A stretch of 64,000 nucleotides of DNA from the IMG/VR virus record IMGVR_UViG_3300030085_002462; one strand, given 5' to 3'. The DNA is from a virus. Under the pieces are notes generated by a model. That model saw only the letters and a program-made list of their open reading frames with translations, did not search any database and was not told the origin of the DNA. A program made the translations under genes and the position numbers. Positions 34,621 through 41,588 of this stretch are shown one piece after another (within the stretch, counting starts at the first letter, position 1; every line of letters begins with the position of its first letter).

Positions 34621-34806
34621 ATGGGTAGGACATACAAACGAAACGACCCCTATAGAAGCAACAGACCAAAATCACTCAAAGAAAAAAGAAACCAATCACA
34701 ATCCAATCGTCGCGGGTATAATGATGACAATCCCGCAGACTTTTCCACAGGTAAACACAAACGCCGCAACCCTGATGACTACACTACACGAGACGATTGG
34801 CAATGA
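34621..34806 (+). CDS. Small Arg/Lys-rich, probably disordered protein
   Basis: 61 aa; MGRTYKRNDPYRSNRPKSLKEKRNQ... Confidence 0.7.
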   Translation: MGRTYKRNDPYRSNRPKSLKEKRNQSQSNRRGYNDDNPADFSTGKHKRRNPDDYTTRDDWQ

Positions 34807-34925
34807 ATGAGTATACACTACCCGATTGGATCGATGAGTTCCTGGAGGACGAAAATGCCCCTAGTTGCCCATCTTTGACCGATGACGATCTTTCCCTTAT
34901 TAACTACACCGAGGACCAGCAATGA
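34803..34925 (+). CDS. Small acidic protein (40 aa; not in ORF track)
   Basis: MNEYTLPDWIDEFLEDENAPS...*; ATGA overlaps at both ends. Confidence 0.6.
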   Translation: MNEYTLPDWIDEFLEDENAPSCPSLTDDDLSLINYTEDQQ

Positions 34926-35089
34926 GTTTGAATCATCAACTAGCAACTTCTCCCCCTGTTAATATCAAGATCTGGGAGAAAGGTCGGAAATACTTTTGGG
35001 CATACGATTACGACGGATGTCCTAAGAACGGACCTTTCAAGAATGAGCAACAGGCACTAAACGATGCACGGCACTATTCAACACGATGA
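34922..35089 (+). CDS. Small protein (55 aa; not in ORF track)
   Basis: MSLNHQLATSPPVNIKIWEKGRKYFWAYDYDGCPKNGPF...*; ATGA overlaps. Confidence 0.7.
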   Translation: MSLNHQLATSPPVNIKIWEKGRKYFWAYDYDGCPKNGPFKNEQQALNDARHYSTR

Positions 35090-35307
35090 AACACACCTAT
35101 GGCAGCAAAATCGCATCCATTCCTAACAGTTTGGAGCGTCTCCTAGATCTATACGACGAGGGACAATTACCACCCGATGATATCATCGAAATGTGTCAGC
35201 AGATGATTGACATGGACCTCGATGACTATCTCCTACAGTATCAACAACTATGCGACTATTGCATTGCGGAGGGCATGTGTTATGATGTAGAAGTAGGGGA
35301 CAGTTAG
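35086..35307 (+). CDS. Hypothetical acidic protein
   Basis: 73 aa; LLDLYDEGQLPPDDIIEMCQ... Confidence 0.7.
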   Translation: MKHTYGSKIASIPNSLERLLDLYDEGQLPPDDIIEMCQQMIDMDLDDYLLQYQQLCDYCIAEGMCYDVEVGDS

Positions 35308-35309
35308 AG

Positions 35310-35338
35310 TTGACAATCGACAGTTAATTTGTTATCAT
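35310..35338 (+). promoter_or_regulatory. sigma70-type promoter
   Basis: TTGACA-17-TATCAT. Confidence 0.75.
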
Positions 35339-35344
35339 ATTGTT

Positions 35345-35560
35345 GTATATTAAAAACCGATACTTCCCTAACCTACAAAAGTATCCCAGCGACCTCGCTA
35401 TATTATTCAAATGAAACTTCGGGTCCCCCCAGACAAAAAATTTTCCCAGTATAAAATTTCCACCCAGACCCCTCTGAGAGAGCAAGTGGTGTATATTTGG
35501 GAATCTCTCTCAGAGACCGCTAGGATCGCCGCTAAGGCGCTCAGAAACAAACTTAGGAGG
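35345..35560 (+). ncRNA. Candidate structured leader or ncRNA
   Basis: About 215 nt without a + strand ORF after a strong promoter; stems GATACTT/AAGTATC (35359-35385) and CTCTGAGAGAG/CTCTCTCAGAG (35472-35515). Confidence 0.35.
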
Positions 35561-35564
35561 AATG

Positions 35565-36047
35565 ATGCCCAAGAGTAGGGATAAGCAGTATGAAGCACTG
35601 CGTGAAGAATACAAAGACTTACTAGACATCCCATGGGAAGGCAAGAAACTCTATGGGTGTTATGAGATCATTCGTAAGTATTGGGAGAAAGTGCACAACG
35701 AAAAACTGATTGATTTCAACAGTCGTGGAGTCATTCGTTTTCAGGAAGATGCTATTGCAGAGCAGGGAGCAGCTTGGAAGTTTCATAAGGAGTGGGGGGA
35801 AGAGTTAGACTTCTCACTCCTAGAGAAAGAAGATGTCCTATTATTCCGATTGTTTACCACACCCCTCGGCGGCAACTACTCCGTGCCTAGGGGAGAAGCA
35901 CCGAATCATGGTGGTATATACCTCGGAGATGGGTGGATGCTTCATCATCCCTACAATGATCTTTCTCAACTTGCAGATCTCACTGATAAGTATAACAAGA
36001 TATATTGCAGCAGTTGTATGGGTGCAATTTATAAAAAGGATAGATAA
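35565..36047 (+). CDS. NlpC/P60-family cysteine peptidase/amidase (tail assembly K-like)
   Basis: AGGAGG RBS; YGCYEIIRKY (Cys), EDVLLF, PNHGGIYLGDGWMLHH (His, His). Confidence 0.8.
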   Translation: MPKSRDKQYEALREEYKDLLDIPWEGKKLYGCYEIIRKYWEKVHNEKLIDFNSRGVIRFQEDAIAEQGAAWKFHKEWGEELDFSLLEKEDVLLFRLFTTPLGGNYSVPRGEAPNHGGIYLGDGWMLHHPYNDLSQLADLTDKYNKIYCSSCMGAIYKKDR

Positions 36048-36070
36048 TGCTTAGAGTGGAGAATAACTCT

Positions 36071-36247
36071 ATGAGCAAAAGATTCATAGTCCCTGTACAA
36101 GTAGATGATGAGGGGGAATACTTCTTCAATCTTCCCGATGAGATCATGGAGGACCTTGACTGGAGGGAAGGTGATGAGTTACACTATGAAGAGGATATCA
36201 ATGGCGATTTGATCCTTCGTAAGGTAGACCCTGAAAAAAATCCGTAA
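36071..36247 (+). CDS. AbrB/MazE/SpoVT-like small DNA-binding protein
   Basis: GEYFFNLPDEIMEDLDWREGDELHY...GDLILRK; start 36071 or 36047. Confidence 0.7.
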   Translation: MSKRFIVPVQVDDEGEYFFNLPDEIMEDLDWREGDELHYEEDINGDLILRKVDPEKNP

Positions 36248-36265
36248 AAAACCGCGTGGTGACTA

Positions 36266-36523
36266 ATGAGTGAAAAAAACGGCGTCCCCGAATTTGAAAG
36301 TGACGCAGAGTATATTGCATGGGCATTTAACCAGATCAGTGAAGGAATGAAGAATCTAGGCAATCGTATTGCTAACCTAGAGATTGCCTTGTCCCGTCTT
36401 CCTGAGCCTGGACCTAACATGATTCAATACAAGATCCCCGAGGATGATAAGTATTCAAATCTGAAAGAAGTATTGGACGATCTGTATCTTAAACTAAATA
36501 GCAGAAAGTCTGATGATGCGTAA
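36266..36523 (+). CDS. Hypothetical coiled-coil protein
   Basis: 85-aa ORF. Confidence 0.65.
   Translation: MSEKNGVPEFESDAEYIAWAFNQISEGMKNLGNRIANLEIALSRLPEPGPNMIQYKIPEDDKYSNLKEVLDDLYLKLNSRKSDDA
36494..36500 (+). promoter_or_regulatory. T4-type late promoter
   Basis: CTAAATA 22 nt upstream of 36523. Confidence 0.6.
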
Positions 36524-39500
36524 TGCCCGCATATATTGAATCAACAGGTCGATCCTTTCCCAATCCTATTAAGAGCGAAGATTACGCAAAACCTTTCGAG
36601 CGTCCCTCTTCTAGTAGATATCGTAGTAGGTCTGGGTATCAACAAGGCACTGGCACACAATACTACATCGAGTTTGAAGGAATGGGTCCTGGCAGTATGC
36701 CACTGGGTAAGGACCAGATACACTATCTCGGTGAAGAGGATGAGCAGTGCGTAAACGCCTGCGGGTATGAGCGTCAACCCATCTACCGTTGGTATAGAGG
36801 TAGTAAAGACGATCACAAGTATTCAACAGGTCCCAAGCTACAAAAGCGGGACATGATTGGTGAGAATGAGAGCAAGGACAAAGCAGCGTCGGGATATAAC
36901 CCTGAGCCTCGCTCTGGCACACCAGTCTTCTTTACAATGATGACACAGGTCAGTGGATCTGTGCCACTGTATATCTGGTATAACCATTGGCCTGATGATA
37001 CTCAGTTGTCATTGAGTAGTAGTGCACCACCTGATAGTAGTGGTCCTGGTCAGTATAGATTAGTAGGTAAGGCAGGTTATGTGTTTCCAAATGCGGCTGC
37101 AGCACAAGCTTATGCTGGCAGCGGAGGTGAGCAGCCTGCTGCTCTATATGAATATCTACATCCTGACCCTGATCATTTCTATACTACTGATCCAGCAAAC
37201 GAAGTCAACCTAGCAGATAACTCTCCCATCCCTCCTAAGAAGAGATATAAGGGGGAATACTCCTATCAGGGTATACTTTGCTATGTGTTTAGGAATGACA
37301 CCCCTGACGGTCCTGAGAGACGCCTTGAGGACATCGGTAAGATTGGTGCTAGTGGACAGTGTATTGACCGATCTGGTTGGTATCAGTATACAGGGACTTG
37401 GACATATAGCAGATATCGTCGTAATCAAGACGGTAATGGTAATAGACTAGAGGGCACACCTGGCGTTAATGGTTGGGGTGACTCGAATAATGCTGCGCTG
37501 ATCGATACTGATGGTGCGTTTGAATGGTTTTATGGTGCGAATGGTCCAATCAAAGCAGCAGTGCCGAGATACCTAGGGTTTGAAACATCATATGATTCAC
37601 AATTCTACTACTATCTCTATGATACTTCATACCCATGGAATGGTCCTATCTTTGGAATCCAGTATGAATTGAATGATGCGCCATGTTGTCCCAATACAAC
37701 GTGTCCTGATGGCGATGGATCTAGTCCATGTTGTGTCCCAGTCATCTCATATCACTCCCACTTCTATGAAATCCGTGAAGATTCATGGGAAACTACAGAA
37801 AGTGAGATCACATTGACGGATGTTTCGACTCGTGGAGTCAATGAATCCTTCTGGACTGTTGATACAAAGAGTAGAAGAGTCTTTTTCCGCTATCAAACTA
37901 GCGTTGGTAAGGTCAGTCAAGGTGAATCTATCAATGGTTGGGAGGTAAATAGTGTTAGATACTTTGGTGATGAGTTAAAATGCGGTGTAATTGAGTTTGG
38001 TGGAGGCGATGGAAACGCATTTCAGCGTGGAGTTACCTACACTGCGGAGGATGGTGCGCAATTTGAAGTGCTTGCAGGGTTTGGTATACCCAATAAAGCG
38101 GCATATTGCGGTGTATATGAGTTTAATAAGAGGATTGGTTACTACAAAGTAGAGATTGACCCCGCAGCTTTGATCCCAAAACGCACTTTGGACGTTGCAC
38201 AACTGGAAGCTAAGGTCAATAAGAAGGGTGAGGTCGTCGAAGTTGAGGTTATTAACGGCGGAAGAGGGTATATTAACCCTCAAGTGTCCGTTTCTACGCC
38301 TGGTGTGCTCGAAGATTTCAGTGCAGGTGACCTTGCATCGTCTCAAACTGCCTCATTTACTAAGGAAACTAGCCGTCAAGCATTCCCAGCACCCGAATCT
38401 ACGAGTAATTTTGACGTAGCAGGTAAGAATATCTTCAAAAAAGTCCGTAACAAGACAAATAAACTCCAAGCAGAGAATGATTTTGGCGAAAGAGAGGACA
38501 TTAGACAGGCAGAGATCCGTATTGGAGAGATAGATGAGCTTGGTGTTATCAAAAGTATCGTTGTTGAAGACCGTGGTAAGGGGTATAACCCTGCTGAGCC
38601 ACCTGCAGTCTTCGTTGTTGACCCTAAACTAGAGACTATTAACTCCCCAGATCTTGATAAAGTTGATTTTGGTGGTGTTGGTAAGGACTTTGCGAGTGCA
38701 TTTGAGAATTTAGAGCTCCCTCAAGGCGACGATGGTGACTATATTTCACCAGCAGACATGTTTGAAGAGGGTCAGACGACCACTAAAGGTGGTTTCCAAG
38801 CAAATATTCCCACATCTTACCTTAAGATGGCGGAAATTGACGACTCAATGATGACATTGTGCCAAGATTTGCCCGCAAATTGCATCAATATTGAGTTTCC
38901 GAAGAATTTGAGTAAGGCAATGCCTACTGATGGAGCATTTGATAGCCTCGGACAACTAGGAGATGAGGGTTTTGACGAATTTAGGAGCGCAGTTTACCCC
39001 GAAGTGCTCAAAAACGTCGCTCAAGCGGATGAAGAAGGCGAAGGATTGAGTCATCTTTACGGATTTAACCAGAAAAACCGCTGTATCAAGGTCGCACAAC
39101 CCAAGGTATACAACATTCAGCGTTGGTTTGACGTGCCTTGTGCGTATTTGGACGCTAATGAGGACGGAGATACGGTTGCATATGGATTTTTGATCTATAA
39201 ATACTGTGCACCTAAGGATGATAATGCGTCATTCAAGGTAAATCTGAAATTTAACGGTAAAACTACGGGTAGTCAGGGTCAAGATTTCCTTGATTGGTTG
39301 ATGAGTATGCCAAAACCGAAGCTTACTGACGCAAGAGACTATACAGATCCAAATACAGGCAATAAAAAGAAGGTTTGGAATTGCGCTCGTGCTGATGTTG
39401 CGGGTAGATGCTATGAAGATAACGGAAATATTGTCTTCCTTGCGGTTGGTGGTGATGAAAATACGTTTGACTACAACCAATCTTCCTATAGTGAAGGTCA

Positions 39501-40116
39501 GCAACTAGAATTGTGGTTGGGTGACAACCTAGTTTCACATGCTCCTGGCTCTACGAGGAATTGGCAATGGTCAACATCGTCTACTGACCCTGAAACTGGG
39601 CAGACTACGACTACAACTAACAATGGATCCTTCCAATACACTGCATTGGAAGTTGATTGCAACAACGTTGTATCAAATCAGATGGCAAATCACCCATGTT
39701 GGGACAATTTTGTTAGATCGAGTACTAATCCTGACGGACCTTTAGACGTTTACTGTGGATGGGATGCAGATGGAAACACAATCGCGGGGACTACCTGGTG
39801 GAATACTTCTGCTAGGGGTATATCTAATATCTTCTGCTCCACTTGCACTAATACATATTGGGCTGGCACTGCTTCTGCGGCAGGTTTGGCATATGTCTAC
39901 GACGCATCCATCGCAATCGATCCAAGCAGAATCACAGCAGGAAACTATGAAATCCTGATGGGTCCATACTCTGGTGTGATGTCTATCAAGAATTATCTGA
40001 CAGGTGGTATCAATGCCCTTAGTAGTGCTATAGATAATCTAGGGAATCCATTCTTCTCAGAGTGTGAGGTGGATGTCCCATGGACTGCAGGAAGGGAAAT
40101 TAACGACGACGTTTAA
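36523..40116 (+). CDS. Large Cys-rich virion structural protein
   Basis: 1197 aa; PIYRWY...DHKYS and ALYEY...DHFYTTD repeats; GEVVEVEVINGGRGY modules; upstream of PAAR, gp25 and gp6. Confidence 0.7.
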   Translation: MPAYIESTGRSFPNPIKSEDYAKPFERPSSSRYRSRSGYQQGTGTQYYIEFEGMGPGSMPLGKDQIHYLGEEDEQCVNACGYERQPIYRWYRGSKDDHKYSTGPKLQKRDMIGENESKDKAASGYNPEPRSGTPVFFTMMTQVSGSVPLYIWYNHWPDDTQLSLSSSAPPDSSGPGQYRLVGKAGYVFPNAAAAQAYAGSGGEQPAALYEYLHPDPDHFYTTDPANEVNLADNSPIPPKKRYKGEYSYQGILCYVFRNDTPDGPERRLEDIGKIGASGQCIDRSGWYQYTGTWTYSRYRRNQDGNGNRLEGTPGVNGWGDSNNAALIDTDGAFEWFYGANGPIKAAVPRYLGFETSYDSQFYYYLYDTSYPWNGPIFGIQYELNDAPCCPNTTCPDGDGSSPCCVPVISYHSHFYEIREDSWETTESEITLTDVSTRGVNESFWTVDTKSRRVFFRYQTSVGKVSQGESINGWEVNSVRYFGDELKCGVIEFGGGDGNAFQRGVTYTAEDGAQFEVLAGFGIPNKAAYCGVYEFNKRIGYYKVEIDPAALIPKRTLDVAQLEAKVNKKGEVVEVEVINGGRGYINPQVSVSTPGVLEDFSAGDLASSQTASFTKETSRQAFPAPESTSNFDVAGKNIFKKVRNKTNKLQAENDFGEREDIRQAEIRIGEIDELGVIKSIVVEDRGKGYNPAEPPAVFVVDPKLETINSPDLDKVDFGGVGKDFASAFENLELPQGDDGDYISPADMFEEGQTTTKGGFQANIPTSYLKMAEIDDSMMTLCQDLPANCINIEFPKNLSKAMPTDGAFDSLGQLGDEGFDEFRSAVYPEVLKNVAQADEEGEGLSHLYGFNQKNRCIKVAQPKVYNIQRWFDVPCAYLDANEDGDTVAYGFLIYKYCAPKDDNASFKVNLKFNGKTTGSQGQDFLDWLMSMPKPKLTDARDYTDPNTGNKKKVWNCARADVAGRCYEDNGNIVFLAVGGDENTFDYNQSSYSEGQQLELWLGDNLVSHAPGSTRNWQWSTSSTDPETGQTTTTTNNGSFQYTALEVDCNNVVSNQMANHPCWDNFVRSSTNPDGPLDVYCGWDADGNTIAGTTWWNTSARGISNIFCSTCTNTYWAGTASAAGLAYVYDASIAIDPSRITAGNYEILMGPYSGVMSIKNYLTGGINALSSAIDNLGNPFFSECEVDVPWTAGREINDDV

Positions 40117-40649
40117 TGGCATACGGATTTCTAAAACCACTAGCATCCCTAAATGGTCTGCCTTGCTCAGGTCATGGTCTCTGTCTGCCATCTACTGTGC
40201 ACTCAATTCAAGCGTGTGGGACGCCTCCAGTGCCCTACTCTATTGTTATTAAGAATTTTACATGTTGGTGGCCACCCTTCCCCCTAATTCCCCTAGAGGC
40301 GGTTAATCCACTCAGGGCAACATTGCTGGTGAATTTCATTCCAGTGATGTTGGAAGCAGATATGTTTGTTACACATGTATCACCATGCACTAACATTGTG
40401 ATATACTTGTGTCCATGCGGAAAGTCTATCTGCGCTATCCCAACTCCCATTATTTGTAGTATACTTACTGCAGAGGACATGGGTGGTGTTGGACACGTCC
40501 GTACCCTCTTTGCAACAACGTTTACAGTCTTTGGATTGAAACGTAGAGTTGCAAGAGTCCTCGACCCCTTGGGTGCAGGTTTTCCTGGTTTCTCTATTCC
40601 ATGCTCATCTGTTGTTGCTTGGGGTCATCCTACTGTTTTAGCATCTTAA
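40116..40649 (+). CDS. PAAR-like spike tip protein (T4 gp5.4-like), expanded
   Basis: CSGHG..LP, TLLVNFIPV..EADMFVTH, GH.R.L.A...TVF...VARVLDP, CSSVVAWGHPTVLA. Confidence 0.75.
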   Translation: MAYGFLKPLASLNGLPCSGHGLCLPSTVHSIQACGTPPVPYSIVIKNFTCWWPPFPLIPLEAVNPLRATLLVNFIPVMLEADMFVTHVSPCTNIVIYLCPCGKSICAIPTPIICSILTAEDMGGVGHVRTLFATTFTVFGLKRRVARVLDPLGAGFPGFSIPCSSVVAWGHPTVLAS

Positions 40650-40655
40650 AAAATT

Positions 40656-40805
40656 ATGGCAATGCGATCTAAAGTTGGTCTGTCTGGTGGGACGTTTATC
40701 CCCAGTCGTCCAAAACAAACTCGTCAAGGCAGCTCTAAGAATACTAAGTATTCTGCCACTTCTCGTAATAATGCGAAGAAGCGTTATCGTGGGCAGGGTC
40801 GATGA
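40656..40805 (+). CDS. Small basic peptide ending KKRYRGQGR (49 aa; not in ORF track)
   Basis: MAMRSKVGLSGGTFIPSRPKQTRQGSSKNTKYSATSRNNAKKRYRGQGR*; ATGA overlap with next gene. Confidence 0.75.
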   Translation: MAMRSKVGLSGGTFIPSRPKQTRQGSSKNTKYSATSRNNAKKRYRGQGR

Positions 40806-41005
40806 GACCTGAGACCAGAGAAGCAATGGAAATGCTTTGGTCTGCTAAATGGAATCTTCCAACAGCAGCAGAGCATTGTAACCTTACCAATAAGGAGATG
40901 AAAATCACATTTAACGAATATTGTGCTTTTCATCCTCCTACTTTTCAGGTAAAATCAGATGAAGATCTGAAATCTATATACAGTGATTCTGATCACATCC
41001 AATAA
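40802..41005 (+). CDS. Hypothetical protein, possible HTH
   Basis: 67 aa; WNLPTAAEHCNLTNKEMKITFNEY. Confidence 0.7.
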   Translation: MRPETREAMEMLWSAKWNLPTAAEHCNLTNKEMKITFNEYCAFHPPTFQVKSDEDLKSIYSDSDHIQ

Positions 41006-41010
41006 ACTTG

Positions 41011-41017
41011 ATAAATA
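41011..41017 (+). promoter_or_regulatory. T4-type late promoter
   Basis: GATAAATA upstream of 41045. Confidence 0.65.
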
Positions 41018-41044
41018 AATATATCGCACCAGCGGGAGACTGAA

Positions 41045-41173
41045 ATGGCTGTAAAACCAATTCCTGATCAGAGCAAGGAGTTTATCAAGTCGGGGATGGT
41101 GCTAATAACCGACCCACGGAGTGATAAATACCTCAATAAGCATCAAAGCAAAGAAAAACCAAAGAAGCAGTAA
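41045..41173 (+). CDS. Small protein (42 aa; not in ORF track)
   Basis: GGGAG RBS; MAVKPIPDQSKEFIKSGMVLITDPRSDKYLNK...*; stop abuts the gp25 ATG. Confidence 0.7.
   Translation: MAVKPIPDQSKEFIKSGMVLITDPRSDKYLNKHQSKEKPKKQ
41124..41130 (+). promoter_or_regulatory. Possible late promoter for gp25/gp6
   Basis: GATAAATA 43 nt upstream of 41174. Confidence 0.5.
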
Positions 41174-41587
41174 ATGGCATCATACAGATTCAGATCTGAA
41201 AAATATGTTTCTAGGGGGTTTAAGGATTTCGCCATATCTTTCATGGCAAATCCTAACACCAACGACTTTGGTGTGGTTAAAAATGAAAATGCCATTAAGC
41301 AAGCGGTCAAAAATCTTATTTTGACCTCTTTTTTGGAAAGACCCTTCCAACCTGACACTGGATCTAGAATTAAAGATTTAATGTTTGAGCCTTATGACCC
41401 ATTTGTGGGTGAGGCAATGAGAAATGAGCTTAGAAACGTATTACAACGTCTCGAACCTCGTGTTGAAGTGACCAGAGTGTATATTAGAGAAGAAATTGAC
41501 ATCAATTCTCTACACTTTGAGCTGGATTATAAGATTGTCGGTGAAAACGTCGTTAAAACCGTAGACTTTCTTTTAGAGAAGACTTAA
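41174..41587 (+). CDS. gp25: Baseplate wedge subunit gp25
   Basis: FKDFAISF..NP.T.D, AIKQAVKNLILT...ERPFQPD.GS.I..L.FE, EPRV. Confidence 0.95.
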   Translation: MASYRFRSEKYVSRGFKDFAISFMANPNTNDFGVVKNENAIKQAVKNLILTSFLERPFQPDTGSRIKDLMFEPYDPFVGEAMRNELRNVLQRLEPRVEVTRVYIREEIDINSLHFELDYKIVGENVVKTVDFLLEKT

Positions 41588-41588
41588 A

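Noticed and set aside
35407-35634. Minus-strand 75-aa ORF across the structured leader
   Set aside because: Overlaps the NlpC/P60 start, has no evident RBS or promoter, and would be the only minus-strand gene
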